A DNA stretch of 64,000 bases, taken from Utricularia gibba. Taxonomy: Eukaryota > Plantae > Magnoliophyta. The stretch is from assembly GCA_002189035.1 (NCBI GenBank), contig NEEC01000004.1, positions 4,402,001 through 4,466,000 on the forward strand, written 5' to 3'. This document shows, in pieces, positions 1-16,778 of the stretch (the stretch's first letter is position 1; each line of letters begins with the position of its first letter). A model generated the notes under the pieces. The model did no database searches, was not told the DNA's origin, and worked only from the letters and a program-made list of their open reading frames with translations. A program made the translations under genes and the position numbers.

Positions 1-30
1 CAACAAACAATGTATGTATGAAGAGGCTAC

Positions 31-1553
31 CTTGACTGGGAATGTTCCTTTGGGGAGTTTTGTGGTGAATAACTCTCTCAGTCGTCTCACAGCTTTAACT
101 TTATTTGCTATGATGTCAAGTAAGGGAATCACTTCTTCCATTCGTAGGGGAAAATCAGGAGAAAGCCAAAGAACAGGCCTCAAGCTTTTCTTATACTCAG
201 TTTCACCACTAGTTGATGCTCCTTTACCTTCTCTCGACTTCCGATGATGATCCCTTTTCACCACCACATCAACAGAATGCCTACCAGGTGTTGTATCTAG
301 AATGCCACTGACCTTCTCTTTGGAACATAATGATTTTCTGGGAGAAACAGTAACTTCCTTATCATCCTTGTGCGTGCGGTCTCGTCTCCTCAAAAAATCG
401 AATAGTCCTCCTCCCTTTTTATGACCATTTTCAACATTGGTGCTACTGGCTGTAACATCGATTTGGCCATTGTCTTCAATTGTGATATCCCTTGCATCAA
501 CATTCTCTATACGAAAGTCCGGGCTGCCTAGCTTAAAAGCAACCTCAAGCTGCTTTCTCTCTTCATCGGTTAGCATGCTATCATCAAATTCTTCTGCTCC
601 TATCACATCAGTCAATGAGCCTGGAACTCTTCTCGACTTGATGCTCACCTCGACATTATGCATATCATACAACTTAGCTCTCCAAGGACCAATCATCTCA
701 GTCTTCTCTTGTTTTCTCCAAGTCATTTGAGGTAAAAGAACAGCTTGGGTTACGTCAATTCCGGGTCGAAATATACCGATGCTCTGCAATGCCATAATTT
801 CTTGCTGAATCTCCGACTCGCTCAATGGCACACCACTGCCATCGAATGGACTTACAACTTCTTTATCCTTGTGAGAGACTATTAGAAATGATCCTGGACT
901 AGCTTGACCAGTCTCTAATCCATCACCAAGAAAGAGAATACTCTGATCAGAACGTTGCGTCACGAACCCATCAAAACCAACTAAACTCATGTCTGCTCTA
1001 ACATTGGCTCCTCTTTTCCATATTCTGTATGTATCCGAAGGGGCGATCCGGGAAATGAAGGGGATGACAGAGCTCTCAAAATTGAACCTGATCTCCATAT
1101 AAAAGTCTCTCATCCTTCTCATGGATCCAATTAATCGAGGTAATCTTCGGCGCCATTTGGCCCATGCCAGTGCCTGGTAATGTTTAACCATGATCTTTAA
1201 AATCCCTAATTCATGGACACAAAATGCTTCCTGGAGGGCACTCCACCCCTGTTCATTATGCAAACTACAGTCTGCTCCAGCATCCATGAGCATTTCTGCA
1301 GCATTTGCATCACCAAATTTCACAGCCAAATGAAGTGGTGTGTCTCGTTAGGAACATCACGTTTATCTATTACTTCTGATATGGCATCAGCCTTAGCCTC
1401 TTCTTCAAGCGAGACAGATTCCGTTTGAATTTCGGATGAATCACGAAGCCTCGGAAGAGCTCGGAGAATGCTTCTCAAACCAGCATAGTCCTTCAAGATT
1501 ATGGCTTTATGGACAGGACTATGCTCATAGTTCGCGAATGCAACACCAGACAT
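31..1553 (-). CDS. Ankyrin repeat / GPCR-chaperone domain protein (ANKRD13-like), 3' part runs off the left edge
   Basis: ORF 1320..1553 (MSGVAFANYEHSPVHKAI...DKRDVPN) continues after a 1-nt deletion at ~1347 into ..DTPLHLAV..WSALQEA..LAWAKW.RRLPRL..MRRMRDFYMEI.F.FESSVIPFISRIAPSDTY.IWKRGA..; the exon ends ..RPVLWLSPDFPL..KLPKGTFPVK at 31 with a GT donor at 30. Confidence 0.88.
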
Positions 1554-3724
1554 CCCTCAGAATCAACCCCCTAAATCCAAACGCAAAACCAGCGGTGGCT
1601 GCAATCGTCAAGCAGGTTCCATAACTCTGGAATAGATGAATCAGTAAAAGGCAGAAACGTCGCAACGAAAAGAAAGGTACCAGACTATTAAACCCTTCGA
1701 TCAGGCAAAAGAATAAACTTTCTCCTACGTAACCCTCAACAAACAGCAAACTACAAAACAAAACAAAACAAAATCCCAGATAAGAGACAAACCGTTCGCT
1801 TACAAAAAGAAACCGAGAACAGGTTAATTTCCAGAACACCGATCACTCACTTAATCCCTCCTTTAATCAACTTAATCACAATTTATCTTACGCTGATCAG
1901 ACCGCCATCACTGAACTTAGCGAAAGGAAAAAATTGAACTTGGGGATGGGGAAAGACACGCCCTATTACCTCAATCAAACAGTTACAGCGGCGGCGAGAA
2001 GACGAAACTCCCGCTGGGACTGTTTTGAATCTAATAAACTAAATAAATAAATAAATAAATACAGAATCTGTGAGATTCTTGCGATTGTGACGGGATATTT
2101 GTCGATTTCCGTCCTCGCCAGAGATTTCTGACCTGGATATTATCTGGAATATATATTTTTATTCTACGAATTAATAATATTTTATTAAAAAACACTATTT
2201 ATTGTGATTAATAAAATACATAAATAAAATGAATCTAGAGAAATTAGCGTAAGATATTATTGTAAAATGAGTTGCTTCCTTCGAAGAGCGTTCAAATTTT
2301 GTAAAAATTTAGGATTTCGGATTCGACCTAAAAAACGAATCTTCGAGAAAAAATAACCAAATTTCAGAAATATTTTACTTCAAACAAAATCTGAAAATTC
2401 AAAAAATTTATGAGAAATTTTATTGAAATTTATAATATTATTTTAAGCACAATAGTCGCATCATTAATGAGATGAGTTATAGCATATTCTATTTAAATGA
2501 TGATGTTTATACAGTTTTCTAGTTATTTACATTGTTAGAAACCTATCAGGATGAGAATATAATAGAAAAATGTAGTAGTTATGAAACTATATAGTTATTT
2601 ACATTATAATATATTTAATTGAAAATCAAGATTACATGAATTTTTTTTTAATGTTATGTATATGGTTTTATTTAAAACTATATGTCTCCATTACTTTACT
2701 TAGAAACACTTAATCATATTTTCAATCGTAATAATTAAATATTACCTAGAAAAGTAATTCCAATACATCAACTTTATTTAAATTCAGTTAAATTAAATCC
2801 ATTTTATAGGATCATGTACTGTGACTATTAAGAAAACATTTCTTTGAATCTATTTTCTCGAAATTGCATCAAACAAGGGTTATAGATTTGAATTGGTCTT
2901 GCTGTTTTCATCTTGTGGGTTTTAGGTTCCGTACACAAAAATCAGACATGATCCTTAACTGGGTAGTCCCCAGGGGAGGGAAATGCGCATGGAGGCTGCG
3001 CCGTAGCGGCAAATCTCTTCCACGGGGTCGCATTTCGTGCGTGACGAGCTCCTGGAATTCCAAGAATGGTTCAGTAGGAGGGCAGGGAGCAAGGAGCCAC
3101 ACAAGTGACAGGGAGAGCGATATAATATAACAAGCTGTGATGCAGCAGAGGGACATCTTCATTGGGAGGTTTTACTGTCACTGAAGGTGAAGGGGAGAGA
3201 GTCTGAGAAACTGAATACTCGGTACAGGTGGCGCCCTGACAGACTGCCATGGCGCCGCCCTGACGTTATTTTGTCAGGGTTGAGGTCGAGCTGAGGAAGA
3301 GGAAATAGGGAAGCAAAAGCCTGACAGGGATTACAGCATTGTGTGTTTGGAAATGATGAATCAAGACACCCTCATTTATCTCGAACAGGTTTCTCTCTTC
3401 AAACGCTGGAGAGCAGCATTTTTACAGCAGCTGGGATTGCTATGGCAGGGTTCACCCCCACGGCAGCTGCAGCGAAGCTTCTGTATCATGATAATACATC
3501 ATATGATTCACAACACTTCTAGACACCCATGTCTGAGTAATTAGTAACTAATGCGGCGACCCGAACAGCAGTGTGACAGCACACAGACACTTTATATTCC
3601 TTATGAAATGTGATAACTCAGAAAATTTAAGGCACAGGGAACACTTCACTTCCGTGTGGTGTTACAAAAGCTTGTGAGGAACCTGAATACTCTCAATATT
3701 GGAAGTCCTTTCTGCAAGGGTGAC

Positions 3725-3910
3725 CACGTGTACGCCATGCATGAGTTGCATGGCCTGGCATTCGGTTCTCTTCCCATGCACGATCATCATTCAATTCTCT
3801 TCAATTTTCCATGCACCTACAATACCTTCTCCCAACACTCTTGCTGCTTCCCTCATTCACTGCATTCTATTTCCTCAACTGTGATCTACTTCTTACCACT
3901 CCTATAAGTA
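3725..3910 (+). promoter_or_regulatory. Seed-maturation type promoter (G-box, four RY elements, TATA) of the glycine-rich protein gene
   Basis: CACGTG 3725-3730; CATGCA/TGCATG at 3736, 3747, 3775 and 3810; CTATAAGTA at ~3902, about 60 nt before ATG 3968. Confidence 0.6.
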
Positions 3911-3967
3911 CCCATGGCTTCTTCTAACATCCCTTGTCCCAGCAGCATTCCTGATCAAGATCATCAC

Positions 3968-4246
3968 ATGGCGAAATCGTGCGCAATTCTGCTCTGTTTC
4001 CTCGCTCTCACGGCGGTCGCCTTCGCCAGAAACATCCCTCAGTCGGCGGAGAACACGGTGAACGCGGCGGCGGATGCGCCTGTGGCGGGTGTGGAGGGAG
4101 AAAAGAATTTCGTGGCGTTCGGAGGAGTGGGGGGATGGGCTGGCGTCATCCCCATCGCCGGCGGGCTGGGCATCCCTAGCGGGCTCGGACCTCTCGGAGG
4201 ACTCGGCGGCGCGGGTGCAGGTGCGGGACGTGGCATATTACCTTGA
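3968..4246 (+). CDS. Small secreted glycine-rich cell-wall protein (92 aa, intronless)
   Basis: MAKSCAILLCFLALTAVAFARN signal peptide, EKNF..FGGVGG motif and Gly-rich tail; ATG 3968, TGA 4244-4246. Confidence 0.8.
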   Translation: MAKSCAILLCFLALTAVAFARNIPQSAENTVNAAADAPVAGVEGEKNFVAFGGVGGWAGVIPIAGGLGIPSGLGPLGGLGGAGAGAGRGILP

Positions 4247-5384
4247 GGGACTCGGCAGCGTAGGCGAGAGATGATTTCCATTGCGTTGTATTCCGAAGGC
4301 TTTCTCGTCATTTGCAGGTTTTTATGACCTTAGTTTCATCAACGAATTCCTCCTTGTTCTCACAATCTAACCGCATTTCACACCCGACCGATTTAATCCA
4401 AAATCGAAGAATAAATTCAAATTCTAAGATGTCAATTAAATAACTTTTAACTGGAAAATTATTTTAATATAGAATTGTTTCGTGGGATTTTAGAAAAATT
4501 AATTAATAGTATATTATAAATTAGAGATAGGTTGGTTACGTAAATTAACATTTGAGTATAGGTAGAATCGTAATTTCACCTTAATTTTAAGGAATATATA
4601 TAATTAGAAGAAAATTGTGCAAATAACACAATAATATTTAATATTTTGGTAAAATTAGTTCTCATTTTTAACATATATTACGTATTCACAAAATTGATCT
4701 CCAAAATTTTGTTTATTGTATATAATTAATACCACATTTTTATACTTTATATATTTTTTCATCTTCATTATTTCAGCCTTGGATATAATTAATTTCCACT
4801 TTTTAAAAACTAGTAATGATTAATTCAGAAATAATTCGATCAGATTTTTAAATAATATAAAATTACTAATCAAATTTATTTCTATTGCCATTCAAAAAAC
4901 TAATAAAATTATATCAAAAATTGAAAACTATTTATATCAAACTATTTATTTAAAAAGTAGTATTAACTTATTGTGAATTAATTTTATAAACAATGAAGAT
5001 TAATTTTATCTCACGTCTCTATGTCTAAGGGTCTATAAAATTACGTCACTTTTTTATTTCTTTTTATCTAATATCAAATATTATTTTGTTTAGAATATCA
5101 TTCAATTTAAAGTTTACTATCAAATGTCCCTTTCAAAAACCAAAATTAAGTAAAATCAATTTTTCTAATTTTGATTTTAATTGTTCTGATTTTATTCGAT
5201 TTGGTTCCCTCAGAAGTACTAAAAAGACAACACATCAAAACCTCGAACTTTGTTTATTTTTGTGTTAGAGGCTCTCTCTAAAATATAAGATACACAACAC
5301 ACTCCGAGGAAAAATGGATGACTCAAATGGTGATGATGAACAACACAAAGGGTTCTCAATTCAGATGACAACCCTGTTCATGTC

Positions 5385-8731
<3,347 letters not shown>

Positions 8732-8877
8732 GTTTCAAAATCCTTCCGAAAAACTACAAACGAGATGAAGCAGAGGAAGCAGAAGCCAAACTCTTGTGGT
8801 ACCAGAGAGTGCACGAAGTTAAATAACCAGAACGGAAGACTCTAGAAGGAGGCTTAAGGGTTTAGTGTAGCCGTTTT

Positions 8878-8885
8878 TAGGGTTT
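8878..8885. promoter_or_regulatory. Telo-box in the shared CPN60/NDUFA13 promoter
   Basis: TAGGGTTT (reverse complement of AAACCCTA) inside the 320-bp head-to-head spacer. Confidence 0.5.
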
Positions 8886-9051
8886 TACGCCTGGTTTGGA
8901 AAACGCGGCTTTAGTCCGTTAACCCAAAAGCGCATATATATATACTATTTATTTATTATTCTGTGAATTTTAATAATATTTTGTTCTTTAATTTGGGGGA
9001 ATTTTGATTTCACTTGCCGATCTTCGGAGAGGTGGGGTTGAGGGCGGAAGG

Positions 9052-10075
9052 ATGACGGAAGCGGTGATTAGGAACAAGAAGGGAATGGCAAGTGTGAAGG
9101 ATATGCCGGTGTTGCAGGACGGTCCGCCACCGGGAGGTTTTGCGCCGGTCAGATTTGCGAGACGGATACCTAACAAAGGGCCAAGCGCTGTCGCCATTTT
9201 TCTCGGTGCGTTTGGAGTTTTCTCGTGGGGATGTACCAGGTCGGCCAGGGAAACAAGATCCGCAGGTTTGTCAACGTGCATTGCATCAAGTTCCCATTTG
9301 TATTGTTGTGATTTGTAGTTCAATTTGGCTTGGGTCCATACGAGATTGATTGTGTTGATGGTTTAACTGCTGTGGATAAAAAGATGAAGTTTGAGGTTCT
9401 ATTTTTCGAAGTAATATGAATATCCAATATTTCGAACTGTGAATGAGTGGTTAGTGATTGAATTTCTGTTCTGGATTGACTTTGACATTCTTCTGGCGAA
9501 GTATGCCACTATTACGTGCTTCCAGGACGCAGGCTTCTTTGTGAAATGCAAGGTTTTTGTGAGGGTGTTTGAATATTCGTATTCCAAGGATAGTTGTGAT
9601 TCATTTGAGCCGCCTAAGATGGAAATCGTATTTGCACTTCATGTCAGAGATGTGACGGACTATGCTTTTAGAAAACCTCCTTCAAATATTCAGAATTGGA
9701 AAGCTAAACTGCACTGATCCCTGTGCGAGTATCTTTTCTTCAGCTACTAATATTTGGAATTTTTGTATTGCACAGTGCATTGAAGGAAGAAAAATATGCT
9801 GCTAGGAGGGCCATATTGCCAGTTCTCCAGGCTGAAGAGGATGAAAGGTGAATTCATCAGTTTATTTCAAGTCAGACATGATTATAATGCTCTTATCTTT
9901 ATTTAAGGAATGCTCATATAACCCCTTCAGATTCGTGAAAGAGTGGAAAAGTTATCTGGAAGAAGAGGCAAGGATCATGAAAAATGTTCCTGGCTGGAAA
10001 GTGGGAGAAAATGTATACCACTCCGGAAGGTGGATGCCTCCAGCAACCGGTGAGATCCGCCCCGACATCTGGTAA
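9052..10075 (+). CDS. NDUFA13: NADH dehydrogenase 1 alpha subcomplex subunit 13 (GRIM-19/B16.6), 3 exons
   Basis: [44 protein letters not shown][+G][11 protein letters not shown] | [24 protein letters not shown] | [35 protein letters not shown]. One G is missing at 9227-9230. Confidence 0.95.
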
Positions 10076-10527
10076 ACTATGGCACCCATCACCCAGCCAA
10101 AGGCATTAGTAATCTTTTGCCCATGCTTTTCAACTGTCATACTATGCTGATGAGATGATTAAATAATGCTCTGATGATGCTGAAAAAACTGCAAAGACTT
10201 TTATTGCCCTGCGATCATATGATACTGTTTTGATCATTGGGTTCACACCCTTGAAATGGAAACCTTGCTCTGGTTTCAAGCTTCTAGGCAGGAATTCTAT
10301 ACCCTCCCCAGGTTGGTTATAAACTATTCTTTGAGCAAAGTGAATATCATCATTTTTCAATATTGAAATCGAAATCGAGACGAGCTGTGGTGCAGTTGAA
10401 ACTGCACAAGTTTGTGTAGTATTAGATAAAAAAGATGAACTTGTTAGTTTGCAGTTGCTGAATCTCTTGTAACCATTTCATCGGTTAGGCATCATATTTA
10501 ACTACTTGCCATCTGTGGGTAGTTAAA

Positions 10528-10591
10528 ATTCGCGCCTTTTATAGTGTTACACGTCAAAACTGAAAACCCTAAAATGAACCACGAATCCCGC
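10528..10591 (+). promoter_or_regulatory. E2F-like site and telo-box upstream of DHFR-TS
   Basis: ATTCGCGC 10528-10535 fits WTTSSCSS; AAACCCTAAA 10564-10573; near-E2F ATCCCGCC at ~10583. E2F control is expected for dTMP-synthesis genes. Confidence 0.5.
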
Positions 10592-10900
10592 CATTTTGCC
10601 AAGCCGTCTCCTTGACGGTTACTTGCCCCCGCCCAGCTGCGAAAATGGCGATGCAGCGTGTCGCGTTGTTCAGTATCCACCCCGCGGGAAAACAACACGG
10701 GAAGGAAAGGTCTCCTCTCTTCTTTTGTTCCTTGTTTCGTTCATTCGCATTTGTTGATCTCTAGGTTCTGATGGTATTTGCCTGCTTTTCAGGTTTCATT
10801 AGGTTGGCTTGAGGTTGCTGTGGTTAATTCAAGACGGAAGCGATCTTTTGAGGGTCTGAGATTTTATTTCAAGCGAAGATTCTACACACGCTGTTTCGCA

Positions 10901-13330
<2,430 letters not shown>

Positions 13331-14022
13331 TCTAGTGGGCAGCTTGGGTGAACTGCCGTGTTCCGTTTCTTATACGACGCCGTTTCATTGAGCATTTTTA
13401 TTATATAAAGTCAAGAATATAAATTTTTTATTTTAACACCAACAAAATGAAATATAATTGAGTTTTGATATGTTAATGTTTAAAATATATTTTATAAATG
13501 GAAAAAAATTTTATAAGTTAAAATAAGTTAAATCGATTAATTAAATATTTAATTGGATTCAATTTTGATTTCTGTTATTTTAGGAAAAAAAGGAAAATAT
13601 TAATGTTTTATTATAAGTTTTTTTTAGAAATTAGATTAAATATATTTTGTTGTCCATTTTAAGATAGTTTTTAATTTATGCTTTAACTTATGTAAAATAT
13701 AATTATGTTACATTATATATAATAAAATAAAATAATATTATATTGTTTCATAGACTGAACTATTGTTGAATTTAATAATATATCTTTTTAGCTACATATA
13801 AATTGAATAATATGATTTTTTAAATTAAATTTTTTATTTTATATCTTTTAAATTTATCTTAAAAACTAAATTGTTAATTTCTTTAAACTTATGAATATGA
13901 CCTTTTAAAATAATCAAAACAAGTGGGTTTCTAGTCTTGACTGATAGTACATTGTGCATAAAGAATAGTACAGAGACGTATAAACAGCATCTTTGAGATT
14001 GGTAAAGTAGGTGACAGGAGGA

Positions 14023-15513
14023 TCAAAAATCTTCGTGAGTCGTATACTGCGGAAGCCGTTTCCCATTCTGCTGCTTTGACTCTTCTTCCTCGTGAGCGTA
14101 AGCGAATCCGCCGTGTCGGGTCAGATCCATACCCGCCAATTCGTCTTCCTTGGAGATCCGAAGAAGGTTCAGTCGGTGGAGGAGGAAGAACAGTCCTCCC
14201 ATGGTGACGCTCACCCACGCGAAGATCACCAGAATCTGAACGATATGTGCAACCAGTAACCAGCCTCCGCCGCCCATGAAGAGTCCGTACGGCCTCCCTG
14301 GTCGGCCGGGGTAAACCTCGTTGACGTACCTCTCGGTTGCGAAGAGAGCTGTGAATATGATACCCCACGCGCCGCACCCGCCGTGGAGCTGCGCGGCTTC
14401 GAGTGGATCGTCGAATTTCAGTCGCTCCGCGAGGTAATTGAGGCCTATCAGAACTGCGGCCGCCACGAATCCGCAGATGATTGCTGCCCATGGCTCGACC
14501 ACGGAGCAGCCGGAGGTGATTGCGGCGAGGCCGCCGAGGAGACCGTTGCAGACATCGGTTACGTTCCAGTGGCCGGTGAGGAGTCTTTTCGCGAAAAGCG
14601 TCGTTAGTGCGGCTGTGCACCCTGCCAGTGTGGTGGTTACAGCGGTGCGACCCACGGCTGACCATTGGCCGTAGTTGCTTCGGGTTCCATATGCAACAAG
14701 AATCCGATTGAAGGAGCCAGGATTGAAGCCGTACCATCCGAACCACAACAAGAAAGTTCCGAGAACAACGAGTGTGGCGCTGTGGCCGCGCAGCCCTAAT
14801 TTCCTGCCGGAATTTTCAAATCGCCCAATTCTAGGGCCTTCAATCAAAGCGCCGTACAGTCCGGCAATGCCGCCGACCATATGGACGACACCAGATCCAG
14901 CGAAATCGATCACGCCAGAACCGACAAGGAGATTTCCGGTTCTGGAGGGGCTAGCCCAGCCATCCGACGACCAAAACCAGTGAGAAACAACAGGGTAAAC
15001 GAATCCCGTGAGAAAAGCAGAGTAAATCAAATACGCAACAAATTGAGTTCTCTCCGCGATTGAGCCGCTGGTAATTCCAGCCGCCGCGATCGCAAACGCC
15101 CACTGGTACAGGAAATTGCTGTAGTCGAAGTCGACACTAGGAATCCGATTCAACCCGAAAAAGCTGTGGCCGATGAACCCATTCGATGGCGTTCCAAACG
15201 CGAAGGCGAATCCAAAGATGTAATAGAAAAGTCCACCGGCGGCAGCATCCAGAACGTTGGTGAGCATGATGTTCATAGTGTTTTTGGCGCGAACGGAACC
15301 GGCACACAGCATTGCGAAGCCAAGCTGCATGACGAAGACGAGGTAGGCGGAGAAGAGAAGGTAGGTGGAATTGACAGCGTACGTGGTATCGGAAAATGCA
15401 TCGGAGACGCCGGAGAATCTCTGGCAGATGTACTCTGCCGCAGCGGCCGCATCGGTTGTGTTGGGACCGAAGAGCGGCGCTAACTGATCGGCGGCGCAGG
15501 CGAGGGACGCCAT
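14023..15513 (-). CDS. AMT1: Ammonium transporter AMT1 family (496 aa, intronless)
   Basis: Intact ORF with [81 protein letters not shown] and the C-terminal [12 protein letters not shown] regulatory motif. Confidence 0.98.
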   Translation of the reverse strand: MASLACAADQLAPLFGPNTTDAAAAAEYICQRFSGVSDAFSDTTYAVNSTYLLFSAYLVFVMQLGFAMLCAGSVRAKNTMNIMLTNVLDAAAGGLFYYIFGFAFAFGTPSNGFIGHSFFGLNRIPSVDFDYSNFLYQWAFAIAAAGITSGSIAERTQFVAYLIYSAFLTGFVYPVVSHWFWSSDGWASPSRTGNLLVGSGVIDFAGSGVVHMVGGIAGLYGALIEGPRIGRFENSGRKLGLRGHSATLVVLGTFLLWFGWYGFNPGSFNRILVAYGTRSNYGQWSAVGRTAVTTTLAGCTAALTTLFAKRLLTGHWNVTDVCNGLLGGLAAITSGCSVVEPWAAIICGFVAAAVLIGLNYLAERLKFDDPLEAAQLHGGCGAWGIIFTALFATERYVNEVYPGRPGRPYGLFMGGGGWLLVAHIVQILVIFAWVSVTMGGLFFLLHRLNLLRISKEDELAGMDLTRHGGFAYAHEEEESKQQNGKRLPQYTTHEDF

Positions 15514-15711
15514 CCCCGGAGCAGCGATGAGGAATTTCGTGAGAGGTTTCCATCCACAAACCCTGATTTAAAAGGCCGATCAACTGAACACCGGGACTTT
15601 TCCAAGGGACGAATTTTCTTCTTGCGCGTCAGAGAATTTCCAAATTTCATTATACATGTTTTTCTTTTTCGAAAAAAAATACTAAAATATCCTGCGTAAG
15701 GACGGCAGTTT

Positions 15712-15739
15712 TTGACTTTCAAATGAAGTCAACGGTCAA
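15712..15739. promoter_or_regulatory. Three W-boxes upstream of AMT1
   Basis: TTGACT 15712-15717, AGTCAA 15727-15732 and GGTCAA 15734-15739, about 200 bp upstream of the AMT1 ATG. Confidence 0.4.
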
Positions 15740-15992
15740 CCCTCTGTTTTTTATAGTAGGTGTGAACAGATAGGTTCCTTTTGATTTTGGAAAATGTTTA
15801 TAATTAAATAAAAATTAGATGTTAATCTTTTAAAAATAATAAGTATATCTAAATATATATTATTTTTATAATATAAATTGCTCGTATTTATATTAGATAA
15901 TAAAAGTATTTATATTTTTTTAAAATATATGTTTCAAATGAAAAATGGTGATCGGTATTGTGGTCACATTAATTTAATTAGAATTTAACTGG

Positions 15993-16019
15993 AATAATAA
16001 TAATAATAATAATAATAAC

Positions 16020-16054
<35 letters not shown>

Positions 16055-16082
16055 TTATTATTATGAGATGATGATGATGATG
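15993..16082. repeat. Compound microsatellite (AAT)n-CT-(ATT)n-(GAT)n forming an AT-rich palindrome
   Basis: AAT repeats 15993-16018, ATT repeats 16021-16053, GAT repeats 16067-16082. Confidence 0.95.
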
Positions 16083-16778
16083 GCACCAGCGCATCCATGA
16101 TGCAATTGGGAGGGTGTTGATGTTATTTACGCAGTTACTGGTAAGTAGAAATTTCGGTTGTGGGATATGCCCAAATTCTCCAGTGGAATGTTTCAGGGAA
16201 TCCTGAACACAGATTTGTAGCTGAACTCTTGAAGTTGGGGGTTGCCGGATCACAGTTTCTCTGCGTTTGAATTTCTGAGGTTGGTAGTTTCACTTGCAAG
16301 ACATTCATTACTTCTGGGTATTCTGAGGTTGGGTTGGATTCCTACTAAATTTGGAAGTGGTACATGCTATGTTGGCTGCATGGAAGGTGTATGTTGAAAT
16401 GCCGGCGGCACTCTTTTCGGGCATTTTTTTGTTTGTGGATAAAGATTGGATTTTTCTGGCCTCCCTTCCTTTTCGTGTCCCGAAATGTTTATTCGCGTAG
16501 TTCAATTGTGCAGGTCCAGGGTCTGGCGTTCTGCTGCAATAGGTAGTGGATTAAGCTTACCAGGTAGAGCTTCAAATTGTTTTTTTCCCATTCAACGTAA
16601 TCTTATCTGAAAGTTTTCCACTTCCACGTGTGTTATGCATTAATCCATGCTTCACCGAATGGGTATTACCTTCGAAAAATGGGTTCTTTTGCTCTGTTCT
16701 TCCTCTGATAAGGATTGCTTGAAATATGTCGCAGGTGTATAAATTATGTTAGAGATTTAACAGCACATATCATTCGAG

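Noticed and set aside
13931-14746. 271-aa + strand ORF and other ORFs overlapping AMT1
   Set aside because: Antisense shadows of a GC-rich intronless CDS; Arg-rich and without recognisable motifs.
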